DNA of 37,893 nt from Candidatus Eiseniibacteriota bacterium. Lineage in GTDB: Bacteria; Eisenbacteria; RBG-16-71-46. Both the position numbers and the translations under genes were made by a program. Below, piece after piece: positions 8,908 to 15,831 of the stretch. The stretch covers positions 1 to 37,893 of the forward strand of contig JBAIWU010000496.1 of assembly GCA_037917155.1 (NCBI GenBank), read 5' to 3'. Numbering within the stretch: the stretch's first letter is position 1; each line of letters opens with the position of its first letter. Under the pieces are notes generated by a model. The model was not told the DNA's origin. It did not search any database and was given only the letters and a program-made list of their open reading frames with translations.

Positions 8908-9630
8908 ATGCCGACCACGCCCGAGCTCATCGTTGCCGTGTTGATCGCCGTCGCATACCCGATCTGGGATTACAGGTGGGGCTGGCCCCGCATGCTGCGG
9001 ACCATCCGTTCGGGTCGCCCCGACCCGCGCCTGCCCGTCTACTGGGAGATCATGGGCCAGCAGTGGCTCGTGACGCTCGTCATCGCGGTCCAGTGGGTCC
9101 TTGCCAACCAGCCGTGGTCGGCGCTGGGTCTGGTGTGGCCGGCCGGCTGGCGCCTCGGCGTGACGGCGGCGCTGGTCCTCGCCGTGCTCGTACTCGACGC
9201 CCTGCGGACCCGGGCCGTCGCGCGCCTGGGCCCCGACAGCCTCCACCGGGTACGGTCGAGCAGCGCACCACTGCTCGCATTCGCCCCGCACACGCGGGCG
9301 GAATCCGCCGGCTTCCGGCTCGTCGCGTTGACCGCCGGAATCTGCGAGGAGCTGATCTACCGTGGGTTCCTGGTGTGGGCGTTCCGCCCCTGGCTCACGC
9401 TGTGGGGCGCCGCCCTGGCGAGCGTGGTCAGTTTCGGATTCGCCCACGCGTACCAGGGACGCCGGGGCGCAGCCAGCGCCGGCGTCGTCGGAGCGGTCTT
9501 CGCCGTGCTGGCCATTCTCACCGGATCGATCGTGCCGGGCATGGTCCTGCACGCGCTCGTGGATCTTCTCGGAGGCAGGAGCAGCTACGCGATCCTGCGT
9601 GACGCCGGGTCCGCGGAAGCGGTGGCCTGA
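8908..9630 (+). CDS. CPBP family intramembrane glutamic endopeptidase (CAAX protease/Abi-like)
   Basis: It is a multi-TM protein carrying the three CPBP motifs: GICEELIYRGF (EExxxR), FGFAHAY (FxxxH) and VLHALVD (HxxxD). Confidence 0.85.
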   Translation: MPTTPELIVAVLIAVAYPIWDYRWGWPRMLRTIRSGRPDPRLPVYWEIMGQQWLVTLVIAVQWVLANQPWSALGLVWPAGWRLGVTAALVLAVLVLDALRTRAVARLGPDSLHRVRSSSAPLLAFAPHTRAESAGFRLVALTAGICEELIYRGFLVWAFRPWLTLWGAALASVVSFGFAHAYQGRRGAASAGVVGAVFAVLAILTGSIVPGMVLHALVDLLGGRSSYAILRDAGSAEAVA

Positions 9631-9757
9631 CGGGTGACATGCGTCATTGTGCTTGCCTCGCTTCGGTTGGGGATGGGAGCATCTCGCACGCGGCGGGAAT
9701 CCGCCCGCGCCGGCCGCCGCTCTTCGTTCGACCACTCCCGCGGGAGCCGAGGCGAGC

Positions 9758-10939
9758 ATGACGCGTGTGACCAGGATCCGTACTCGCGCGCGGAGGCGAT
9801 CCTCCCCCGTCCGCGACCGGCTGAACGAGTTGCTCTGGGGATACCGCGTCTCGCAGGCCCTCTTCGTGGCGGTCCAACTGGGCATCGCGGAGCGCCTGGC
9901 GGACGGGCCGCGCGAGCTGCGTGCGCTGGCGAGACGAAGCGGCGTCGATCCGGTTGCGCTGGAGAGCCTGATGCGCGCGCTGGCGTCCGTGGGCGTCTTC
10001 CGGCAGAGGCAGGACGGCCGCTACGCCCACACGGCGCTCTCGCGGGGGCTGATCCGCGGGCGGCCGTCGTCCCTCGGCGCCGCGACCATGATGTGGATGC
10101 AGGATCACTACGCCGCCTGGGGCCACCTGCTGGATTCGATCCGCACCGGGGAAGCGGCCTTCCCGCGCTCGCACGGAACCGACTTCTATCGCTTCCTCCG
10201 GCGCGATCACGAGGCCGCCGCGCGGTTCGCGGCGGCGATCGGCGAGCTGACGTCGCACGAGGCCAGGTCGGTGGTCCCGGACTACGACTTCGGCCGGGCA
10301 CGCACCGTCGTCGACGTGGGTGGCGGCCAGGGCGACATGCTGGCCGCGGTGCTCGAGGCCGTCCCCGGTGCCACGGGCGTGCTCTTCGACCAGCCCGCGG
10401 TCATCCGGACCGCCCGAGCGCGCCTCGCCCGCAATCCTGCGGCCGGACGCGTGCGCTTCGTCGCCGGCGACTTCTTCCGGTCCATCCCGCGTGGCGGCGA
10501 CGTGTACGTGCTGCGGTGGATCCTGCACAACTGGAATGATCGGGACGCGGCCCGCATCCTGCGCCAGGTCCAGGCCGCGATGCCCCGCACGGCGCGGCTT
10601 CTGGTCATCGAGGAGTTGGTGCCCGATCGCCCCCGGGCGGACTGGCGACACGCCTCGTCCGCGCTCGGCGACCTCAACATGCTGGTCCTGCTGGGCGGGC
10701 ACGAGCGCACGCGGGCGGAATACCGCGGGTTGCTCGCCGGCGCGGGCCTGCGCCTCCGCCGCGTCGTGGCGGGGAAAGGCTACGGCATCCTCGAGGCGGT
10801 GCCGGCGCCGCGGCCCGGGCGCCGCGCGTCGCCGCGTTCGGCGGCGCTCCCGGCCCGCGCAGGCTCACCGCCCCGGCGCGGTCATCCCGATGCTCGCCAG
10901 CCAGCGCTCCAGCAGCTCCGGCCAGCGCGTGATCGGTGA
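9758..10939 (+). CDS. Class I O-methyltransferase (Methyltransf_2/COMT-like with N-terminal dimerisation/wHTH domain)
   Basis: It has ATG 9758, LWGYRVSQALFVAVQLGIAERLADGP (dimerisation domain), VVDVGGGQGDML (SAM motif) and GGDVYVLRWILHNWNDRDA. The recognisable domain ends near GYGILEAV. The last ~48 aa are a low-complexity tail that overlaps the convergent gene by 75 nt. Confidence 0.82.
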   Translation: MTRVTRIRTRARRRSSPVRDRLNELLWGYRVSQALFVAVQLGIAERLADGPRELRALARRSGVDPVALESLMRALASVGVFRQRQDGRYAHTALSRGLIRGRPSSLGAATMMWMQDHYAAWGHLLDSIRTGEAAFPRSHGTDFYRFLRRDHEAAARFAAAIGELTSHEARSVVPDYDFGRARTVVDVGGGQGDMLAAVLEAVPGATGVLFDQPAVIRTARARLARNPAAGRVRFVAGDFFRSIPRGGDVYVLRWILHNWNDRDAARILRQVQAAMPRTARLLVIEELVPDRPRADWRHASSALGDLNMLVLLGGHERTRAEYRGLLAGAGLRLRRVVAGKGYGILEAVPAPRPGRRASPRSAALPARAGSPPRRGHPDARQPALQQLRPARDR

Positions 10940-11845
10940 GGCGGTGGGGCGCAGCCCGAACGCGTGGCCACCGTGCGCGAACAGGTGCAGCTCGACGGGC
11001 ACGCCCGCCTTCTTCAGGGCCAGGTAGTACACGAGCGAGTTCTCCACCGGGTCCACCGGGTCCATCACCGATTGCACCAGAAAGGTGGGCGGCGTGCGGC
11101 GGGAGACCGGAAGCGTCGGGTTCAGCTGGTACTCCCGGGTCGTCTTCTCGCGCATGTGCCCGGGGTAGACCGCGACGGCGAAATCCGGGCGGCAGCTCGC
11201 GGTGTCCGCAGCGTCGACGGACCGATACACGCGCCGGTCGAAGTGCGTGCTCACGTCCGCCACCAGGTGCCCGCCCGCCGAGAAGCCCAGGATGCCGATG
11301 CGGCGCGGATTCACGTGCAGGTCCCCGGCGTGGGCGCGCACCCAGCCGACGGTTCGTTGCGCGTCCGCCAGAGCCAGCGGAGCTTTCGGATCCACGTGGC
11401 AGTCGCACTTCCGGTCCCAGTGCGGCCCGGAATCGGGCACGCGGTACTTGAGCAGCACCGCCGTGATGCCCCGCGACGCCAGCCAGTCGCAGACCTCGGT
11501 ACCCTCGAGGTCGATGGCCAGGATCTCCTAGCCACCTCCCGGACAGACGACCACCGCGACGCCGGTGTTCCGGCCCGTCGGCGGATACACGGTCAGCGTG
11601 GGTCGTGAGACCCGCTCGACCGCCAGCCAGCGCTTGCCGGCCACGAGGTTCTCCGCGACGACGAGCGTCTCCGGGCCCGCGGTCGGCTGCGCATCGGGAA
11701 CCGCCCCGGGCCAGAGGGGCACCTGCGTGTGCCCCGCCGAGGGGCGCCACGTCTCGGACCGCACGTTCGCCGCGCCGAGCGACGCGATCGCCGCCAGGGC
11801 GATCAGGACGAGTCTCGCTCTCGCGGGGGTCCGGTCTGCGCGCAT
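10865..11845 (-). pseudogene. Secreted alpha/beta hydrolase (esterase, GFSAGGH type) interrupted by a single in-frame TAG at 11528-11530
   Basis: Track ORFs 11528..11926 and 10865..11458 are in the same frame ((11530-11458)=72). The read-through translation is ...GVAVVVCPGGG*EILAIDLEGTEVCDWLASRGITAVLLKYRVP...GILGFSAGGH...LHLFAHGGHAF. The signal peptide is MRADRTPARARLVLIALAAIASLGAA. The ATG at 11845-11843 overlaps the upstream gene's TGA (11847-11845). Confidence 0.75.
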
Positions 11846-13212
11846 CAGTCGTTCACGACCTCGTCCGACCACGCGCGCAGCGCCTGCACGACGCGATCGT
11901 CGAGTGGCGCGCCGGGCTGGCCCCACGTGGCGAAGCTCGCGGCCTGCGTCGCCTCGGCGCGGAAGGCGTGGTCGATGCCGTCGATCGCCTGGAAGCGCGC
12001 GTGCCCCGGGTGGGCCTGGTTGACGATCCGCGCGATGAGCGCGTGGTCCTCCTCCCCCGAGAGGAAGTCGGAGCGGCCGTAGAGCGCGAGCACGTGGCCG
12101 TCATAATTCGCCCATGCGGCGGCGAGGTTCTTCGCGGCGAGCTGCTGGAAGAAGCGGTAGTGGCTGCCGGCGTAGTAGGTGGCGTTCGTCATGGACGAGT
12201 CGACCCACGCCGCCAGGTCGGGTTGCGCCCGAGCCATCTCGCCGGGCGAGAGGCCCTCGGACCAGAGGTAACTGCAGACGCGTGCCTCGACCTTGAGCGC
12301 ACTGTCGATCGCCGCAGCGGACTGTCCGCCCAGCGCTGACTGGCGCCGGTCGTTCTCGAGCATGTACTCGGTCCACGTGCGCACGAGCGTGCCGTAGACC
12401 GCGATGCCGTGCACCGGCAGCTCGCCGGCGAGCAGCGGCGCCCAGGCCCCGCCCATGCTGTGGCCGAAGAGCAGGATGCGATCGGGGTCCACGGCCGGGT
12501 CCGAGCGCAGCGTCGCGAGCGCGGCACGGAACCCGTCGAGCTGCGTGTCGAAGTCGACGTCGCGCAGCGGACCGCCCTCGCTGTCGCCGCAGCCCGGCTT
12601 GTCGACGCGCATGGTCACGAAGCCGCGGCGCGCGAAGTCGCGCACGATGGCGCCGTAGCCGTCCACGCCCATCAGCGGCGTCTCCACCGTGAACGTGCCG
12701 ATGCCCTGCACGAGCATGAGCGCCGGGTGCCGCCCGGGCGTGCGCGGGCGCGTCACGAGCGTGCGCAGCCGCCCGGCGCGCGATGCGACCTCGCCGTACT
12801 CGACGTCCCAGCCCTCGCCCTGCTCGGACGGCGGCGACGCGAGCGCCAGCGTGCGCGCGCGCGGCCGGCCCGCGTGCCGCCAGCGCAGCGTCGCGCGCTC
12901 GCCGGCGCGGCGTCGCGCCATGGCCTGCGTGAGCTGCACGGGCGTCCGGAGCGTGAGCGTGTCGAGCGCGACCATCACGTCGCCGGCCTCGATTCCGGCG
13001 CGCTCCGCAGTCGAGCCGGGCAGGACGCGCTGCACCAGCACGCCGGGCTGGTCCGGCGCGAGGCGTGCGGCGGCCCGCGCGGCGGAGTCGGCGGGCGCGA
13101 GGACGACGCCGAGGAACGCGCGGCGCGGCAGCGGCGCGGGCGCGGAGGCGTACGAGACGCCGGCGGCTGCGGGCAGGACGAGCAGGGCGAGAATCAGTAA
13201 CGTGACGCGCAT
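11845..13212 (-). CDS. Secreted PDZ-domain alpha/beta hydrolase
   Basis: ATG 13212 gives the signal peptide MRVTLLILALLVLPAAAG. It has a PDZ-like segment (GVLVQRVLPGSTAERAGIEAGDVMVALD) and a hydrolase core with nucleophile elbow LLFGHSMGG and ...IDGIDHAF. The stop overlaps the start of the downstream esterase (TGATG). Confidence 0.8.
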   Translation of the reverse strand: MRVTLLILALLVLPAAAGVSYASAPAPLPRRAFLGVVLAPADSAARAAARLAPDQPGVLVQRVLPGSTAERAGIEAGDVMVALDTLTLRTPVQLTQAMARRRAGERATLRWRHAGRPRARTLALASPPSEQGEGWDVEYGEVASRAGRLRTLVTRPRTPGRHPALMLVQGIGTFTVETPLMGVDGYGAIVRDFARRGFVTMRVDKPGCGDSEGGPLRDVDFDTQLDGFRAALATLRSDPAVDPDRILLFGHSMGGAWAPLLAGELPVHGIAVYGTLVRTWTEYMLENDRRQSALGGQSAAAIDSALKVEARVCSYLWSEGLSPGEMARAQPDLAAWVDSSMTNATYYAGSHYRFFQQLAAKNLAAAWANYDGHVLALYGRSDFLSGEEDHALIARIVNQAHPGHARFQAIDGIDHAFRAEATQAASFATWGQPGAPLDDRVVQALRAWSDEVVND

Positions 13213-13284
13213 GCGGCGCACGTTCGCACGCCGCCTGGCGCGGGCGCCATCGCAGATGGCCAGCGCCGCCCGGGCGCGGACGAG

Positions 13285-13310
13285 CGCGGCCACCCCGGAG
13301 GGTGGCCGCG
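13285..13310 (-). terminator. Perfect GC hairpin between the BNR lipoprotein gene and the PDZ hydrolase gene (candidate terminator, no U-tract)
   Basis: cgcggccaccc (13285-13295) pairs with gggtggccgcg (13300-13310). This is an 11-bp perfect stem with a 4-nt loop cgga, about 100 nt downstream of the stop at 13410-13412. Confidence 0.4.
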
Positions 13311-13409
13311 GGTGCCTGCGGCGTGACTGCGACCAGGCCTGGCGGCCCGGGAGGGCGAGGGTGCGATGCGCCTGCGTGGAACTTCCCGGGAATGGGCCAG
13401 CGTCCGTGA

Positions 13410-14402
13410 TCACTGCAGCGGGTAGCTCACCACGCCGAGATCGTTGATCGCGGCAAGCAGCGTGTTCCCTCTCACCGCGAGCGCCTCCACCTCCAGGATC
13501 GGGAGGCCTTTGTTGATCTCGGACCAGGTGGCGCCCCCGTCCGACGACCGAAACACACCGCCGCCTGCGGTCGCCGCGAAGATCGCGGTGCCTGCGTGGA
13601 CGACGTCGCGGATGTCGGTGCTGGTCAGTCCCTGATTCACCGCCGTCCAGGTGTTACCGTCGTCGTCCGAGCGGAACACACCATTGCCATACGTGCCGAG
13701 GAACCACAGGCTGCCCGCCGGACAGAGCGAACTGATGCTGGAATCCGGCAGGCCGGCCCCCACCTCGCGCCAGTGCGATCCGGCGTCGTCGGATCGGAAC
13801 AGCCCTCCCCCGTAGACCGATGCGAGGAGCACGGATTGCCGACGGGCCATCTCCTTGATGTCGAGGTGGCTCAGTCCGTCGTTCACGAGCGTCCAGCCCC
13901 CGACGTTCGCACTCGCCCGGAACACCCCGACGCCGACGCACCCCGCGAACAGAGCCGTGTCACTGGAGGCCAGGGTCGAGACCGGCTGGTCTGCGAGGAT
14001 GACATGCCACGAGTCGCCGGCGTTACTGGAGGTGTAGACGCCGCTGAAGTTGTGGCGAAAGTCCCCCGAGCTGCCTGCGAACAGGTCGCCCCCGACCGAA
14101 AGGACGGAGCCGATCGAGAGCGCACCCGAGCCAATTCCTCCCACGGACAACGAGGTCCACGAAGTGCCATTGTCCGTGGACCGGTAGAGGCCGTTGTGCG
14201 TGCCCACGTAGATGCCCTGCGGGCAGGCCTCGAGACAATAGATGTCGCCCACGCGTGGCCCGCTGCTCTGGCTCCATTGCGGAGCAGCCGCCGGTTCCGG
14301 GGCGGTCACGTTCTTCCCGCCACACCCGGTCGTGACCACGCACGCGGCAAGCGCCGCGAGCACGTGCGCCCCGAAGACTTGCGCGATCGAATGGATCCTC
14401 AT
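13410..14402 (-). CDS. BNR/Asp-box repeat beta-propeller lipoprotein (sialidase/Ycf48-like fold)
   Basis: ATG 14402 is preceded by AAGGAGG. The lipobox is LAAC (Cys21). There are five SxDxGxxW-type Asp-boxes: STDNGTSW, SSNAGDSW, SDDAGSHW, SDDDGNTW and SSDGGATW. Confidence 0.8.
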   Translation of the reverse strand: MRIHSIAQVFGAHVLAALAACVVTTGCGGKNVTAPEPAAAPQWSQSSGPRVGDIYCLEACPQGIYVGTHNGLYRSTDNGTSWTSLSVGGIGSGALSIGSVLSVGGDLFAGSSGDFRHNFSGVYTSSNAGDSWHVILADQPVSTLASSDTALFAGCVGVGVFRASANVGGWTLVNDGLSHLDIKEMARRQSVLLASVYGGGLFRSDDAGSHWREVGAGLPDSSISSLCPAGSLWFLGTYGNGVFRSDDDGNTWTAVNQGLTSTDIRDVVHAGTAIFAATAGGGVFRSSDGGATWSEINKGLPILEVEALAVRGNTLLAAINDLGVVSYPLQ

Positions 14403-14743
14403 GGCATCCTCCTTGTCTGTCACCCGGTGCCCCCGACGGGCCACACAGAGCAAAGTCGGTGCCCTTCGCCGCGAGCGTCGCTCGCGGTTTCGTTCGCGCT
14501 GGAGGAGCGTGGGATCGCAAGCGTTCCGACCGCGAGTCGATCCGCCCCCACCCGCTGATCGATCCGATCGACGGCCCCGCGCTCTCATGCTCGAGAGCGC
14601 CGCCTGACGGGAGAGAGAGCCGGCATCGCGGTCGCCGGGGCGGAAACATCAGGCGTCCGTGGTGAGGATGCGTCGGCGTTCCGGGCCGGCAAGACGCCCA
14701 GGAACGCCCCCGCTCCCGAGTCTTTGGCCCGGAGGCCGGACCG

Positions 14744-15472
14744 TCAGCGCCGCAGCACGACGCTCTGCCCGACGGCCAGTCGCCCGACGCGCGTGACCGT
14801 GCCGTACACGCCGGCGTTGTTCTCGTGCGCGCGAACGACCGCCTTGAGGACGTCGGGCGTGACGATCCCGTCGTCGGGGCCGATGTTCACCATCGCGCAC
14901 CGTACGTCCAGCTGCGTGACGGCCACCGTGGGCGCATCGTTCGCCTCGCCGAACGTCAGAACGCCGCCCACCCAATCGTCCTCCTCGAACGGCACCGCGC
15001 GGCTCGAGCGAACGAGGATGTTGGGCCGGAACCGTCGGGCGTCGGCCGGGGTGCCGGCGAGCCGGCACACCTCGTCCACGGTCGCGGACGTGATCACGGA
15101 GATGCAGGCGTCGTCGAAGGTCCCGTTCCTCAGGTGCGTCATCTCCACGCGCTCCCCGAGGCGGCGCCCGACCTCCGTGGCGAGCGCGTCACCGAACACG
15201 GGCAGTTCCCGGCCGTCGGGCGTGAGGACATGCGTCGGCAGCGCCTGCCCCTCGCGATCGACCGGCCCTCGCGGAGTGAAGCGAACGAGATCCGGGAGCC
15301 CGGTTGCGCTGAGCCACGGGAACCCGGCGCGCTCGTCGAGTCGACGCAACGCGTGGCGCCGGTCGCCGTCGACTCCGTGCCAGCCCAGCGCCGCCGCTCC
15401 GAGGGACTCGCCACACATGGACTTGACTCTGTAACGAAAGATCGCCTCGATCGTCCCGATCTCGATCGTCAT
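14744..15472 (-). CDS. MOSC domain-containing protein
   Basis: ATG 15472 is preceded by GAGGAGG. The product begins MTIEIGTIEAIFRYRVKSM and contains GVDGDRRHAL, ARRFRPNILV and the C-terminal ...AGVYGTVTRVGRLAVGQSVVL. Confidence 0.85.
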   Translation of the reverse strand: MTIEIGTIEAIFRYRVKSMCGESLGAAALGWHGVDGDRRHALRRLDERAGFPWLSATGLPDLVRFTPRGPVDREGQALPTHVLTPDGRELPVFGDALATEVGRRLGERVEMTHLRNGTFDDACISVITSATVDEVCRLAGTPADARRFRPNILVRSSRAVPFEEDDWVGGVLTFGEANDAPTVAVTQLDVRCAMVNIGPDDGIVTPDVLKAVVRAHENNAGVYGTVTRVGRLAVGQSVVLRR

Positions 15473-15831
15473 CCCGCGCCCCTCCTCGCGGCCAGGGCTG
15501 TGGACACGCTCACGACCGGCTCCGCACGCGCCCCGGCCACGAGGCCTCTCGAGCGACGAGGCGGCGCGAGAAGGGGCGGCCCGGCCGGATGGCCGCGCAA
15601 GGAACCGGACGACGAGGCAATGGCCCGAAAGTGTGAGGTTGGCACACCCGCGTTTCAACACATTTCGACGGCTCGGGGGGAAGGGCGCGCGAGCGCCTAC
15701 GCCCTTCTCATCCGGCCATCGTCCGCCTACGATGCTCGCGAATCCCTGACGTTCCGCCTCGTTCCGTGCGACTCGTCGCGCCGCCGCCCCGTGCCGCGCC
15801 TCGTCGCCACCCGACCCGCCGGAGGAAACGC

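Noticed and set aside
10865-10939. The 75-nt convergent overlap of the O-methyltransferase and esterase genes as a functional antisense arrangement
   Set aside because: The O-methyltransferase domain ends near GYGILEAV. The overlapping 48-aa tail is low-complexity (P/R/A-rich) and is most simply a late stop codon in GC-rich DNA.
11528-11530. The in-frame TAG as pyrrolysine, programmed read-through or a reassigned codon
   Set aside because: TAG terminates at least five well-supported genes in this window (6349-6351, 6549-6551 on the minus strand, 8233-8235, 30219-30221, 37878-37880). No pyl genes are present. A single-base nonsense change or a sequencing error is the simpler explanation.
15640-15657. 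A sigma-54-like TGGCAC upstream of the second kinase gene
   Set aside because: The -12 element is wrong. The sequence is TGGCACacccgcGTTTC, with no TTGC at the required spacing from the GG.
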